Shown: piece by piece, positions 23,835-36,776 of the stretch
Numbering within the stretch: position 1 is the stretch's first letter
How the letters are laid out: every line of letters begins with the position of its first letter
Assembly (NCBI GenBank): GCA_030390025.1
Contig: CM059438.1
Location: 53,012,001-53,076,000, forward strand
Origin: Squalus acanthias
Taxonomy: Eukaryota
Length of the DNA: 64,000 nucleotides
Direction of reading: 5' to 3'
Made by a program: the position numbers and the translations under genes
The notes under the pieces: model-generated
Told to the model about the DNA's origin: nothing
Database searches by the model: none
Seen by the model: the letters and a program-made list of their open reading frames with translations, nothing else

Positions 23835-24207
23835 ACCTAATAAAGGTTTTTAAAATTATGAAAGATTTACACAGAGAGTGTTTCCACCTGTGGGGAAAAG
23901 CAAAACTAGAGGCCATCAATATAAGATAGTCACCAAAAAATCAAATAGGGAATTCAGAAGAAACTTCTTTACCCAGAGAGTGGTGAGGATGTGGAACTCG
24001 ATACCACAGGGAGTAGTTGAGGCAAATAGTATAGATGCATTTAAGGGGAAGCTGGAAAAGCATATGAGGGAGAAGGGAATAGAGGGTTATGCTGATAGAG
24101 TTAGATGAGGAAAGGATGGGAGTAGGGTCGAGTGGAGCATAAATGTCGGTATGGACTGGTTGGGTCGAATGGCCTGTTTCAGTGCTGTAAATTCTATGCA
24201 ATCCTAT
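23835..24207 (+). mobile_element. CR1 3' end fragment
   Basis: RRNFFTQRVVRMWNS plus tail. Confidence 0.9.
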
Positions 24208-24317
24208 GTACAATTGTAGCAAGACTTCCTTACTGTTGTACTCCAACCCCCTTGCAATAAACACCAACATGCCATTTGCCTTCCTAATTGCTTGCTGTAC
24301 AAGCATGCTAACTCTCT

Positions 24318-27300
24318 GGCCTAGAAATTCATGGCCATCACGAAAGCTGCTGGTGCCACTACAGCTGGGGGTTAACGGCCGCCGAAAATGGTGGTGCTAG
24401 CAGGACTGAAAAATTGGTGCTGGGAACTAATGATTATTAGCCTAGCGATAAACTCACCGTGTAACGCCCTCCTGGTGGCATTCATCGTGGCATCATGCCC
24501 AACCGGCTTTGCTGCATCAACAGCCTCTGAAAGCGAGGCTGTGATTTCGCAAAGCATTGTGGGATATTAAAAGGGCAATGCATTGTCTTTTTCTTAAAAG
24601 GGCAATGCCTTCTGAAATGATAATAAAATTAATGTAAAAATATGCAGTTTTCAGCCCTTACAGCTCAACTGCCTTCTGAAAAAAAAATAACATTAAAAAA
24701 ATTCCCAAATGGGAGTCTTCAGTTCTTAAAGCTGAATTGCCTTCCGCACCTTAAAAAAAAGTGAAAAGTTCTTCAGCCCTAACCCAAATGGCTCAGCAAG
24801 CCAGGGAAGGGGCACCCAGGGTCTCACATGCAGAACTCCAGCTTTGTGCAGGGGGACAACACTGCAAGAGAGGTCCTCTACCCACAGGGGCCAGGAGGCC
24901 CTCCAGAAAGAACGATGTGGGACCAGATCACCGAGGCTGTCACTGCCAGCAGTGTCGCCACCACCCCCCATCACCTGGCTCCAGCACCCAAAGATTCATG
25001 ACTTCAGACCAGCGTTCAAGGTCAGTGAATGCATCTTCAAAAGCCATCTCCTACCAACTGCATCACTAGCCTCACACTTTGCTCTACAGAGCCAGCACGG
25101 ACTCGATGGTGGTGGCCTCCTTCTGTGCCGTTATGACTCTATGGGGTAGAAATTAGGTCGCGCCCCATTTGGGGCGCAAATATCGTCTGGACGCAAATAT
25201 TAGCGCCTGGCGCTAATTATCGGCACTGACTGGAAACTTCACTTTTACCGCCCCGGGAGGTGAGTGGAGCGCTAAAGCAGGCGCTGCACACCTGTCTTAA
25301 GGCGCAAAGGCCAAGGAGTGAGGCGCTAACTCAGAGCGCTGGCGAAGCTCATGTAATGTCAGTCAGCAATGGAACACACACACAATGGCACGGGCCAGTT
25401 CTTAAAGGGGATGGTTAATCTTGCTTTCCATCCACATCCTGTTCATTGCAGCCTTGAATCTCGGCCTGGAGAGACTTGCACATCAAATGTGCTGGAAAGA
25501 ACAATGGAGAGTACCAGGCAAAGAGCTCAGAGTGCAGCTCCCACAGTCTCTGCTAAATCGATACAAGGAATGGCAAATCAAAATGAACCTGCAAAGTGCT
25601 GCTCAGTACCCAAAACTCCTTCACACAACGTTGAATCTCTCCAGAAGTCTCTCCCTCTCTCTCTCAGAATGCGTAGTTCAAAAATGCCACCAACAATAAA
25701 AGACAGGAAGAGGCCCCCTTTAAATAGCGCCACCCCCAGCCCCACAGCGATTGATAGCGTTCCAGTCTTCTGGTCGTTGGATGCGCCAGGCGGTAAGGCA
25801 GGGGGCGCCACTCAATTTCCGCTCCGGGGCGCCACAAGGGCGTTGCACCATGGAATGACATCACAATCTGCGCGCGCAGGTGGTCGCAGCGGTAAGTTTT
25901 AGCGCCGCCGCACAATCTCAAGTTAAGTTCTCGAGCGGCGCAAACATCGCTGCGCCCGGGCGTTAGCGGCTTTGCGCCCCATTAGCGCCCTCTTAAGGCG
26001 CTAACGGGAGGCGCAACCAACTGAATTTTTACCCCTATGACTTCTCAATGCATGACTCCCCCCCGACCCAATCACTTACCTACCAACAATCTGTACCAAT
26101 CACGAGGCACAGCTCCCATTCCTAGCTTCACCTCACCCCGTTGGAGGAGATGGTGCCGGCCATTCTTGGCAGTGGCATGGCTGAGGCCTTGGCCAACGGC
26201 AGGGCAGAAAGGATACAAGATGCTAGTATCATCATATGTTATCCTCCTTCTCGCATGCACCTCTTGTTTTCCCACTTGCCCCTCACCACAACTCCACCCT
26301 TGTGCCTTCCTCATTTCACACACCCAAGAAATGCAGCCTGCCCAGTGGTTGACCAAGATGAGAGAGAGAGACACGAAGAGGGAGAGGAGGGAGAAGAAAA
26401 AGAAGAGGGAAAGGAGAGAGAAGAAGAGGGAGTGGAGGGAGAAGAAGAAGAAGAGGGAGTGGAGGGAGAAGAAGAAAAAGAGGGAGGGGAGAGAGAAGAA
26501 CCACCAAAAAAAACCTGTCACTTGATTTCACACTCCCAGCCACCAGCTCCTCAAGGTCGACCAGCAAGGCCATTTGCAGTGTCCCCCACTGAAAGTCAGC
26601 AGCCTTCCACCAGCCATGCTGCAGCCACTGGGGTAGCACTGCGTGACAACAGTAGGATAGGCAAAGACACACACAAGACAGTCACTAAGGGAATGCATAA
26701 GGGTGATAAGTTGATTTCTTGATGTCATATTGGATGGATAGATGTATAAAGTTGAATTGGAAAGATGCTTTTTGAAGGCATTTATTTCAGCATTGTGGAC
26801 AAGAGGACACTGTGATGGTCAGTAACAGATGAAAGGTAAGGTGTGGGACAAATGTTGAAATTGGGGTTGTGGTCACTGGTACCACAGGTGGATGATTCCA
26901 CCCCGGATATCCCGGCCAGAAAGGGGCTGTCTGGGTTGCATCCTTCCTTCTGCTTCCTCCTCTTCTGCTTCCTCCTCTTCTGCTTCCTCCTCTTCCCTCT
27001 GCGAGCAGATGCTGTAAATCTTAAGTAAAAGCATAAAATGCTGGAAATACTCAGCATGTCAGGCAGTATCTCGATCTGAGACGTAAACTCTGTTTCTCTC
27101 TCCACGGATGCTGCCTGACCTGCTGACTATTTCCAGTATTTTCTGTCTTCTCAGAAGCCTTCCTTTACTATCCGAGGCCTTGCAAGCATCTAGCAGCACT
27201 TCCTGCACACTTAAAAAACTTTTAACATGTATTGCACCAAGTCGCTACTTCAAGAAAATAAAAAAATTCTGTCCAAAAGCTTAAATGCAAACTTATCTGA

Positions 27301-27612
27301 AAGATGTGTGTGTATCCATTTAAGAGGTGCTGACGGTGCCTCTGTCAGTCTGCGGAACGCTGGGTTTTCACGGAGAGCTTAGGACCCAGTGCTGAACTCA
27401 GTGCTAAGGTTCAAGTTCGCTGAGGTGACGTTAAGTTGGCGTGACATCACCCTCTTTTAATTTACATTTCCAGGGCCAGCGCTGCGCAAAGCCCTCACCA
27501 AAATGGCGGTCGCCAATTCCCACACCACAGAAGGCAGCTAGAGTGATGGCCGTCACTTTTAGACCGGATCACAACGGTGACTTGTGGTGGTAAGTGGGCC
27601 AACTTCTAGGCC
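24318..27612 (+). mobile_element. Non-autonomous Harbinger element (Myb exon remnant, transposase C-terminal remnant, Penelope-derived hairpin)
   Basis: TIRs GGCCTAGAA(A/G)TT. Myb-like MAQQAREGAPRVSHAELQ. A related inverted copy lies at 61272-63459. Confidence 0.85.
25143..26035 (+). mobile_element. Harbinger-type MITE nested in element 24318-27612
   Basis: TIRs GGGGTA(G/A)AAATT and TSD TAT (25140-25142 and 26036-26038). Confidence 0.9.
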
Positions 27613-28559
27613 CAAGTGTTTCCTGTATGAAGACACTTAAATCTCTCTGAACATCAACATTTAATAGTTTCTCACCATTTAAAAAATAATCTGTTTTTTT
27701 ATTCTTCCTACCAAAGTGAATAACCTCATATTTCCCCACATTATACTCATCTGCCACTTGATTGCCTACTCATTTAACCTGTCTATATCCCTATGCAGGC
27801 TCTTTGTGTCCTCCTCACAGCTTACTTTCCCACCTAGCTTTGTATCGTCAGCAAACTTGGATACATTACACTCAGTCCCTTCATCTAAGTCATTAATATA
27901 AATTGTAAATAGCTGAGGCCCAAGCACTGACCCTTGCGGCAGCCCACTAGTTACAGCCTGCCAACCTGAAAATGACCCGTTTATCCCTACTCTCTGTTTT
28001 CTGTCTGTTAACCAATCCTCTATCCAAGCTAATATATTACCCCAACCCCAGGAGCCCTTATCTTGCATAACAACCTTTTATATGGCACCTTATCGAATGT
28101 GTTTTGGAAATCCAAATATACTACATCCACTAGTTCCCCTTTATCTTCCCTGCTCGTTACATCCTCAAGAAACTCTAATAAATTTGTTAAACATGATTTC
28201 CCTTTCATAAAACCAAGTTGACGCTGCCTAATCATATTATGATTTTCTAAATGCCCTGTTACCACTTCCTTAATAATGGATTCAACACCCAGAGGTCGTC
28301 AGCCAAGAGCATCTCAACATTCAGAGCAGAGATCTGAGCAGCCATGGGAAGATATGAATTGACGGGGACCAATGCGGGGATGTGCAATGAGTGGATGGTT
28401 GGCTACAGGACTGCTTTGTGTCAGTGGGAATGGTGGGATGGGGTGGGAAGGGGAAAGAGAAGTTGGATGTGATTGTTACTTCGGTCCAGTGGTAGTCCCT
28501 AACTGAACTTTACAGCTATAAGGGAATCTATGGCATTCCGGTCATCAATGTGAGTCGCT

Positions 28560-28790
28560 GGTGCTGCGTTGGGGTCACCATCTTCATCCTGCTCCTTCTA
28601 CTCCTCCAATTTGTCTGATGTGTGCTTAGCACCTTGTTCCTCCTGCAGCTCCAATCTTTGCTGCTGCGCAATGTTGTGCAGTGCACAGCACACCATGATC
28701 ATTCTGGAGACCGTGGCTGGCAAGTACTGAAGGGTGCCTCCAGATCTGTCCAGGCACCTGAAGCACATCTTGAGCATGCCGATCGCTTGC
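28560..28790 (-). pseudogene. Harbinger transposase C-terminal fragment
   Basis: EQAIGMLKMCFRCLDRSGGTLQY...CCALHN. Confidence 0.85.
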
Positions 28791-29407
28791 TCGTTTAAAA
28801 TTGAGGCCTGTTTGTCTGGATGTGTGGGAATCGGATGGGCAGGAGGCAAGTCGACGTGAGGCCCAGGCCATTTTAATATTTAAAGGATAGACTGCTGTCC
28901 CGATCACCTGTAGAATCAGGTAGCCTGCCCACATGACCCACGCAATTTCCAGCACATTTCCTCACTCTACTTGTAGCAGTGATGCACCTCTTAAAGTGTG
29001 GTTGCATCCTTGCTTGCATTTTTTATTCAACAACTGTGGAAGACATGTTGGTTTCAGAGATGAGCCACAGGGTTGCTCAGCACCTCCCCCAACCTCCACC
29101 CCCACCACTTTCTGATGTCTTCTACTGGAGAAAGTGAGGGCCAGGATGGAGGTATTCTTCCCCAGCACCAGCAGGAGCATCCCCAAGGCTACTATTACGC
29201 AGGCCTGGACAGTGTCAGCTGGCAGTGTCAGTGATAAAAGCATCACCCTCAGGTGATGTCAGAAGAGGTTTAATCACCTCACAACAGCAGTAAACATTAG
29301 TACCCCTCTTCAGCTCTCTCACCAGTGCCTCACTATCCTCCCTTACCACTTTCAACTATTACCTCCTCTCCATCACATACTTCAATGTACAATCACAACA
29401 ACACTTA

Positions 29408-30099
29408 GAGGGAAAAATTCGTTAGTGACCATTTTGGGTCGCTAACATCATCTGGGCACGAAAAATAGCTCCGCCGATCGCTAACTTCAGTTTTACCGCC
29501 CCAAGAGGGAGGTGGATTGCTAATTCAAGCGCTCCACTTCCTTCTTAGAGCGCTAACACCAAATATCGGGGCGGTGCGTTCTGCAGCGCTACGCACTGGG
29601 CCACGTAGCGCTGCCGCATGGAAGGGCTCTTCCCCTCATTAAAGGGGATGGCCCAAGCCCACAACTCTGCGGGGCCCTACCTGGACCACCGGGCTGCCAG
29701 ATCGTGGCGCAGACCCCGGGTTCAAAGATGCAACGGGCCACGACAAGTAAGTCGGCCGATTTTTTTTCCCCGCCCGCCACCTCCCCTTTAGTGAGCGCCC
29801 CCCCGAGCCTCCTGCCACTCCGTTCCCGCCCCTGAATCTGTGCTGTCATAGCTAGCCGCAGATTCGGGGGCGCAGACAAATTTTGCAGTCGGGGCGAAAA
29901 TGGGGCGCTGTGCACATAATAACGTCGTCATCGCCTGCGCAGCAGAGTGGGGCGCTACCAGTTATCACCACCGCTAAACTCCTGCTGAATTTAGTGGGAG
30001 TTGTTAGGGGCGCTGCGCCCGGGCAAAAAGTCATTTGCGCCCCGTTAGCACCCCCCGAGGGCGCTAACAAGAGGCGCAAATGCATCAAATTTCTAGCCC
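29408..30099 (+). mobile_element. GC-rich Harbinger-type MITE
   Basis: Ends GAGGGAAAAATTC and AATTTCTAGCCC. The right subterminal region is shared with the other MITEs. Confidence 0.8.
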
Positions 30100-30649
30100 A
30101 TTTTTTCCTCATTCTAAACAAACTCACCTCTTCCTTTCCACTCTTCACATACCCACCAAATGCTCACACCACTCCTTCCTTACACACACACTTCCCTTTG
30201 CATTCATCACCTCCTCATCCTAATTCCATCTTGCTTCTTCTACACCTTTCACCACATCCACTACATGCACAAGCCCCACACATTCCAATCACCTTCGCAA
30301 CACAGCATCACTAACGCTCATCACCTTTCTGAAGGGCGAGACCGCGTATCATGCCAGGGAGAGGATCAAGACCGATGGAGGACTCCATCATCATCGCCTT
30401 TACACAGGGAGAGCAAGAAGCACTGAACATCTGGCTCAAGCAGGGTCATGAGCATCGTGGAAGGTGAGGCTGGTGGCGTACCCAAGCAGGGTGTTGGCAT
30501 ATTACTTGTGTATCTCCTCATTCAACTCAGCACAGATGCTGCAAGCTTAGCAACTGTTGCCTGCTTATGTACTGCTTCTATCTCCCATCCTAACTCTTAT
30601 CCCTTTATTCTAGGGTCTTCTTAACACCTGCAAAAGAACAGACCACACA

Positions 30650-31892
30650 ATCATAGAATCATCATAGAAGATAGGAGCAGGAGTAGGCCATTCGGCCCCT
30701 CTAGCCTGCTCCGCCATTCAATGCGATCATGGCTGATCATCCAAATTCAGTACCCTGTCCCTGCTTTCTCCCCATATCCCTTGATCCCTTTAGCCTTAAG
30801 AAATATATCCAACTCCTTCTTGAATCTATATAATGAATTGGCCTCTACTGCCTTCTGTGGCAGAGAATTCCACAGGTTCACCACTCTCTGGGTGAAGAAA
30901 TTCCTCCTCATTTCTGTCCTAAATGGCTTACCCCTTATCCTTAGACTGTGACCCCTGGTTCTGGACTCCCCGACCATCGGGAACATCCTTCCTGCATCTA
31001 GTTTGTCCTGTCCTGTCAGAATTTTATAAGTTTCAATGAGATCCCCTCTCATTCTTCTAAACTCCAGCGAGTATAAGCCCAATCGACCCAATCTCTCTTC
31101 ATACGTCATTCCTGCCATCCCAGGTATCAGCCTTGTGAATCTTCGCTGAACTCCTTCCATGGCAAGAACATCCTTCCTCAGATAAGGCGACCAAAACTGC
31201 ACACAGTACTCAAGGTGTGGTCTCACCAAGGCCCTGTACAACTGCAGCAAGACATCCTTATTCCTGTACTCAAACCCTCTCGCTATGAAGGCCAACATAC
31301 CATTTGCCTTCTTAACCGCCTGCTGCACCTGCATGCTTACCTTCAGCGACTGGTGCACAAGGACACCCAGGTCTCGTTGCACTTCCCCTTCTCCCAATCT
31401 ATTGCCATTCAGATAATAATCTGCCTTTCTGTTTTTGACACCAAAGTGGATAACCTCGCATTTATCCACGTTATATTGCATCTGCCACGCTTCTGCCCAA
31501 TCACCCAACCTGTCCAAATCATCCTGGAGTTTCTCGGCATCCTCCTCGCAGCACACACGCCCACCCAGTTTTGTGTCGTCTGCAAACTTGGAGATATTAC
31601 ATCTAGTTCCCTTGTCTAGATCATTAATATATATTGTGAATAGCTGGGGTCCAAGGACCAATCCCTGCGGTACCCCACTAGTCACTGCCTGCCACTCGGA
31701 AAAAGACCCGTTTATTGCAACTCTTTGCTTTCTGTCTGCCAACCAGTTCTCTATCCAAGTCAATACCTTGCCCCCAATCCCATGTGCCTTAACTTTACAC
31801 GCTAATCTCTTATGCGGGACCTTATCAAAAGCCTTTTGGAAGTCCAAATACACCACATCCACTGGTTCTCCCTTATCTATTTTACCAGTTAC
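30650..31892 (-). mobile_element. Young 5'-truncated CR1 LINE with uninterrupted RT/C-terminal frame
   Basis: ORF 30747-31922 has about 380 CR1 codons without a stop, followed by the tail. Confidence 0.95.
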
Positions 31893-33060
31893 AAGAGGAC
31901 AATCCTCCTGAGGATGAACCATCAGGTGCTCTACCCCTCCCAGGCATCAGCTGAGACATTGCCTCTCCATGTGGGCTTGATAGTGAGCTAGAGGTGTCTG
32001 CATGTGGTGAAACACCTAGAACCAGTAGGCGGCAACAGCTACTGGTAGCAGGAGCAGCACAGGAGAGCTGGAGGGCAAGGCCCTCTCCCAGCTCTGCTGA
32101 GAGCAACTTAGAGGGTCCAGTCATGACATGAAAACTGCTGGCTTTACACAAATAGCTGTACAAAGTATTGGAAGGCATGCCAAGAAGTTTCACCACTGTT
32201 GCAAAGAGTGTGGAGGAGTCCGCATCTCATATGGCATCACCAATCTATAGTCTATACTGGATAGTGTGGTCACCTCCAGGGACACCAGCCAAGCCTCAAA
32301 GCAGGAGTTCGTGCTAGTACACTTTGCATCTTTGCCATGCAGACTCTGCACTCCATAATGGAGAGATTGGTTAATCAAATTGAGAAAGGCTTGAAGGGGT
32401 CGCTCTCCCTCCGATCAGTGGAAGCGCTGAGCTCCAGTCCCAGGGGAGTAGAAGTGGCACAATGGGAGCAATATGTTCTGGCCTCTCTCAGGATGTCAGC
32501 ACGTCTGCTGGTTCACCACCCCCTTAACCAATATCCACCATGATGCCTGCACATCAGCTGGGCCAGAATACCTTGGCCACAAGCTGTACATTGCTAGAGT
32601 GGTATCTTTTTCTATTGATGAATGTTGCTGGTGTGTGTTCTGGTGCCCTGATGGCCACATGTGTACAGTCCATCACATGCTGCATGAAGAGAAGTCAGAC
32701 ACTGCTGCAAAGCAACAAGCTCTGTCCTGTTCACTGGGGAGATCAGTACATACATAGGATATACGGCACAGAAATGGGCCATTCGGCCCAACCAGTCCAT
32801 GCCAGCGTTTATGCTCCACACAAGCCGAGTAGGGATGGTGATGTACTGCTCAGCCCTGGCGAAGAGAAAGTGGTCGCTTGCTTAATGCAGTTGGACTGCA
32901 GTCCGGGAGATGCGGCTGATGTCCCCTGTAGCAGACTGAAAGGATCCAGCGGGGAAGAAATTCAGGGCTGTGGTGACTTTGAGAGCCACTGGCATGGCAT
33001 TCCCCTAGTATAGCAGGCAGCTGATAATGTTGCAGGAGGTTGCACAGCCACGGCCACCAA
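31893..33060. mobile_element. Harbinger remnants (Myb last exon on +, transposase fragment on -)
   Basis: Minus strand VALKVTTALNFFPAGSFQ and DCTHVAI. A short CR1 tail is inserted at about 32750-32825. Confidence 0.7.
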
Positions 33061-33064
33061 TGGT

Positions 33065-35140
33065 TGAGCGATTATAATCAGGGATGCTCAAGAGGGCAGA
33101 ATTAGAGGAGCGCAGATATTTCGAGGGATTGAGGGGCTGGAGGAGATTACAGAGATAGAGAGGAGTGAGGCCATGGAGGGATTTGAAAACAAGGATCAGA
33201 ACTTTGAAATCGAGACAGTGGCTTCAGTCTTCCCAATATTTAATTGGAGGAAATTTCTGCTTATCCAGTACTGGATGTCAGACAAGCAGTCTGACAATTT
33301 ACAGACAGCGGAGGGTTCGAGAGTAGTGGCGAGGTAGAGCTGGGTGTCGTCAGCGTACATGTGGAAACTGACACTGTGTTTTCAGATGATGTCGCCAAGG
33401 GACAGCATGTAGATGAGAAATAGGAGGAGGCCAAGGATAGATCCTTGGGGGACACCAGAGGTAACGATGCGGGAGCGGGAAGAAAAGCCATTGCAGGTGA
33501 TTCTCTGGCACGATTAGATAGATAAGAATGGAACCAGGCGCGTGCAGTCCCACCCAGCTGGACGACAGTGGAGAGGTGTTGGAGGAAGATGGAATGGCCA
33601 ACCATGTCAAGGGCTGCAAACAGGTCGATAAGGACGAGGAGGGATAGTTTATCTTTGTCCCAGTCACAAATTATGTCATTTGTGACTTTGATGAGCACCG
33701 TTTCGGTATTGTGGCAGGGGCGGAAACCTGATTGGAGGGATTCCAGGCAAAAGAGCCTGGCACTCAAGTGCCGGGCTCACGGAGCGCAGCCGGCACTCCA
33801 CGGGGGTGGGGGGGGGGGTCTTCAGAGGAGGCCGGGGACGGCAGAGGGGGCAGGTGCTGGCAGGCGGCCAGCAAGGAAAATGGCCGCCCGGCACCTTCCC
33901 TTTAATTAGCGCCGCCTTGGCCGCAGGTAGGCCCCCCTGACCCCGTCAGACATAGCGTCCGGCAGTAAGACAGGGGGCGCTATCAAAGATCGCGGCCGGG
34001 GCACGAGCGGGGCACTGCGCAAGGCGATGACGTAATTGCCGGCGCGCAGCGCCCCAGGGCACTAACGGATACAGCCGCCGCTAACCTCCCGCTGAATTTT
34101 GCGGGAGGTGTTGGTGGCGCCGCGCCCAGGCGCTAGTTGCTTTGCGCCCCGTTAGCGCCCTCGGGAGGCGCAAAGCAACTGAATTTTTAGGCCTAATAGG
34201 AACTAAGGCATCAAAGGTGGTAGTTAGGGTGTGGTTAAGCAGATCGGTAGCTGCAGAAATGTTGCAGTGAATGGAGGGTCAAAGGCTGGACAGTTGGGAT
34301 TTCGTAAGTGCAGCTGTAAGTGAGTTGGGAGAGAGTTTTTTCCACGGGCGGACACAGAAGGAAATAGGGTTGGGGGAGAGAATGGGGATGTGGGTGGAGA
34401 CCGATACAAGGAAGTGGTCAGACATGGCCTTATCTGCGATTGACACGGTGGGAGCAGCGAAGCCATGAGAGATGGCAAGGTCAAGGGGGTGGCCATGCAT
34501 ATGGGTTGGGGAGTTGACATGGAGGGAGAGATTAAAGGAGGATAGGAGGGTAGTGAACTCAGAGGAGAGAGAGCATGATGAATTGAGATGGAGGTTGAAA
34601 TCACTGAGGATGAGACTTCGCTCAGTGCAGAGGCTGCCGGAGTAAAGCAGTGAAGATATATCTGTGATAAAGTTTTTATGGTACTTGGGTGGGTGGCAGA
34701 GAATGAGAATTTTAAATGAGAGGTGAGAGGGGTGGAACAAGGTGAGATGCTCAAAGGAGGAGAAAGTGCCAGAGGAGTAGGGGGGACAGACCGAGGTGTG
34801 ATTTGGTGATGAGAGCCACACCGCTACTGTGGCAGTCTGGGCAGGGCAAGTGGTGGAAGGTACATGCCAGGTGGGGAGGCTTCATTTAGGGGTAAGGTGT
34901 CATCACCCCTCAGCCAGGTTTCTGTCAGGGCCATGATGTCGAGGCAATCATCCACGATAAGCTCATGGATGGCATGTGCCTTGTTCATAAGTGAACGGAC
35001 ATTCTGGAGGGAGTTGCGGAGAGGGTCGGTGATGGCTGATCCACTGCCAGAGTCCACAGGGTCAGCACTGGAAGGGGTGAGTTGGACAGGGAGGAGATTG
35101 GCAAGATTAGCCCCCAGCAGGCTAATAAGTGTCCAATAAG
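33065..35140 (-). mobile_element. L2-clade LINE remnant (APE + RT)
   Basis: APE: LQNVRSL, ALTETW, HGHPLDL, SDHFLV. RT: QSGFRPCHNTET, GVPQGSILG, YADDTQLY. Confidence 0.9.
33746..34193 (+). mobile_element. GC-rich MITE, partial copy
   Basis: Colinear with 19378-19834 and ends GAATTTTTAGGCC. Confidence 0.85.
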
Positions 35141-35260
35141 CGGCAGCGGGCGTGATGTGGACCTGCATGACGCGATCTCAATTGCAGTATTTAAAGGGAC
35201 AATCCAAAGATGCAAGTTGAAGGAGTTGGAATTGGCAGGAAAAGTAGTGGAAGTGTCACA

Positions 35261-36271
35261 ATGGAGTCCAGATGCTCAAAGGCTGCACCCCGCTTCACTG
35301 ACACCTCCCTTAATGTGCTGCTGGGGGCTGTGAGGAGGAGGAGAGAGATACTCTTCCCTAGCAATGGGAGGAAGAAACCTGCAACTGAAACAAAGAAGAC
35401 ATGGTTGGAGGTTGCAGAGGAGGTCAGCAGCAGGAGCATGGTTCCACGCTCCTGGGTGCAGTCTAGGAAGCGGTTTAATGACCTAACCAGATCAGGAAAG
35501 GTGGAGGTGGCCAACGACGAATCCTCAGAGAAGCTGTGTCCTTCTGAGGGTGCACCATCACAGGACTCATGCAGACCATGCTCCTGCTCAGATACTTGCA
35601 CTTCGGTGGGACCAGTAAGACAGATAGTTGTGTTTTCACCTGGTGACTTACACTTCACAAGTGAGCAAGAGCAGACAGTGGTGGCAGGGACAGCAATGGA
35701 GAGTCCGTGTCGGAGGGCACAGCCCTCTCCAAGCTCTGCTCATCTGGACACAGATGCTGTACCTCGGAGGCCATCGATGAAAAGGAGAATCATTGAGCAG
35801 CAGCAGATAATGTGTGATGCAGTGACAGACCTTGGTAGACTCGCCACGATTGCAGAGAGAATGGAGGCGTCCACCTCTCACATGAGTGGGTTGATGTCAC
35901 AGGCCATTGAGATGGTGTGTTCTTTCATGGATAGAGTGCCCAGTGCCGTGGAACATCAAACACTCCAATCAAATGCGTCCTTGTATGCCTTGACCACATT
36001 CATGCAAACTCTGGATGCCAACAAGTCTAGGCTGACAGATACTTTAGCCTTGGCCTTGACATTACAGAGCCGCACAGATCTGCACCAAAGTGTTCTCCAG
36101 CACAGTGGTAGCAGTGAAGTGTGGTTAGGCCATGAGAGGGATGATGGCGAAAGGGGACATGGAAGTGGGGACTCCACTCAAAGCGCTTCTACTTCTTACC
36201 CACAGCCCCCCTCTCAGTCTGCAGCCCACATGCTTCCTCGTCTTCCGATGGCCATGTCTGCCCCTACATAG
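35261..36271 (+). CDS. Harbinger Myb/SANT-like (MSANTD-type) protein, 336 aa uninterrupted ORF
   Basis: KAAPRFTDTSLNVLLGAVRRRREILF...WLEVAEEV...RSWVQSRKRFNDL followed by a helical/low-complexity tail. Expression is unknown. Confidence 0.7.
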   Translation: MESRCSKAAPRFTDTSLNVLLGAVRRRREILFPSNGRKKPATETKKTWLEVAEEVSSRSMVPRSWVQSRKRFNDLTRSGKVEVANDESSEKLCPSEGAPSQDSCRPCSCSDTCTSVGPVRQIVVFSPGDLHFTSEQEQTVVAGTAMESPCRRAQPSPSSAHLDTDAVPRRPSMKRRIIEQQQIMCDAVTDLGRLATIAERMEASTSHMSGLMSQAIEMVCSFMDRVPSAVEHQTLQSNASLYALTTFMQTLDANKSRLTDTLALALTLQSRTDLHQSVLQHSGSSEVWLGHERDDGERGHGSGDSTQSASTSYPQPPSQSAAHMLPRLPMAMSAPT

Positions 36272-36776
36272 GTGCAGGTGCAGCAGTCTTTGGCGGGGCC
36301 CTCGTGGGCTCCAAATCCCAGAGGACGTTGGCCAACAGCATCTCAGCAGTGAAAGCAGGGATCTGAGCAGCCTGCTTCTACCTCTGCTGAAGCCACAGTG
36401 GTTGCAACACATAGGAGTAGCAGAAAAAGGAAGAGAAAGGCTTTGTAGTTGCACAAGGGTAAGCACATGGGTGTCTTTGAAAATGTGTTGATAAGTTTCT
36501 GTTGTTTATTTAGCTCTCATAAATGTTATTCTTTTTCACCACTTTCCCATCTTGTCCATTCTTGGGTTCTGGGTGGTAAGTCGCCTTTTAACTTGTTTGA
36601 TGATGAATGGAAAGACATGAATTGATGGGGATCAATGGCGAATGTTCAAGGGGTGCTTAGTTGGTTGCAGGACTGTTTTGTGTCAGTGGCATTGGGTGGG
36701 GGGGGGGGGGCGGGGGGGGAGAGAGCAGGAAGAGAGTCTGTTGCATTTCCTAGTGACATGGGTCCACTGGTGCAAC

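Larger units (their letters stand above)
24208..28285 (-). mobile_element. CR1 RT fragment interrupted by Harbinger element 24318-27612
   Basis: RT motifs continue across both sides of the insertion. Confidence 0.85.

Noticed and set aside
26037..26722. Long E-rich and K/R-rich ORFs
   Set aside because: They come from low-complexity GAA/GAG repeats inside a non-autonomous Harbinger.
31215..31911. ORFs antisense to CR1 RT (also at 6353, 7268, 47251, 55834)
   Set aside because: They are recurrent shadow frames of the CR1 coding strand.
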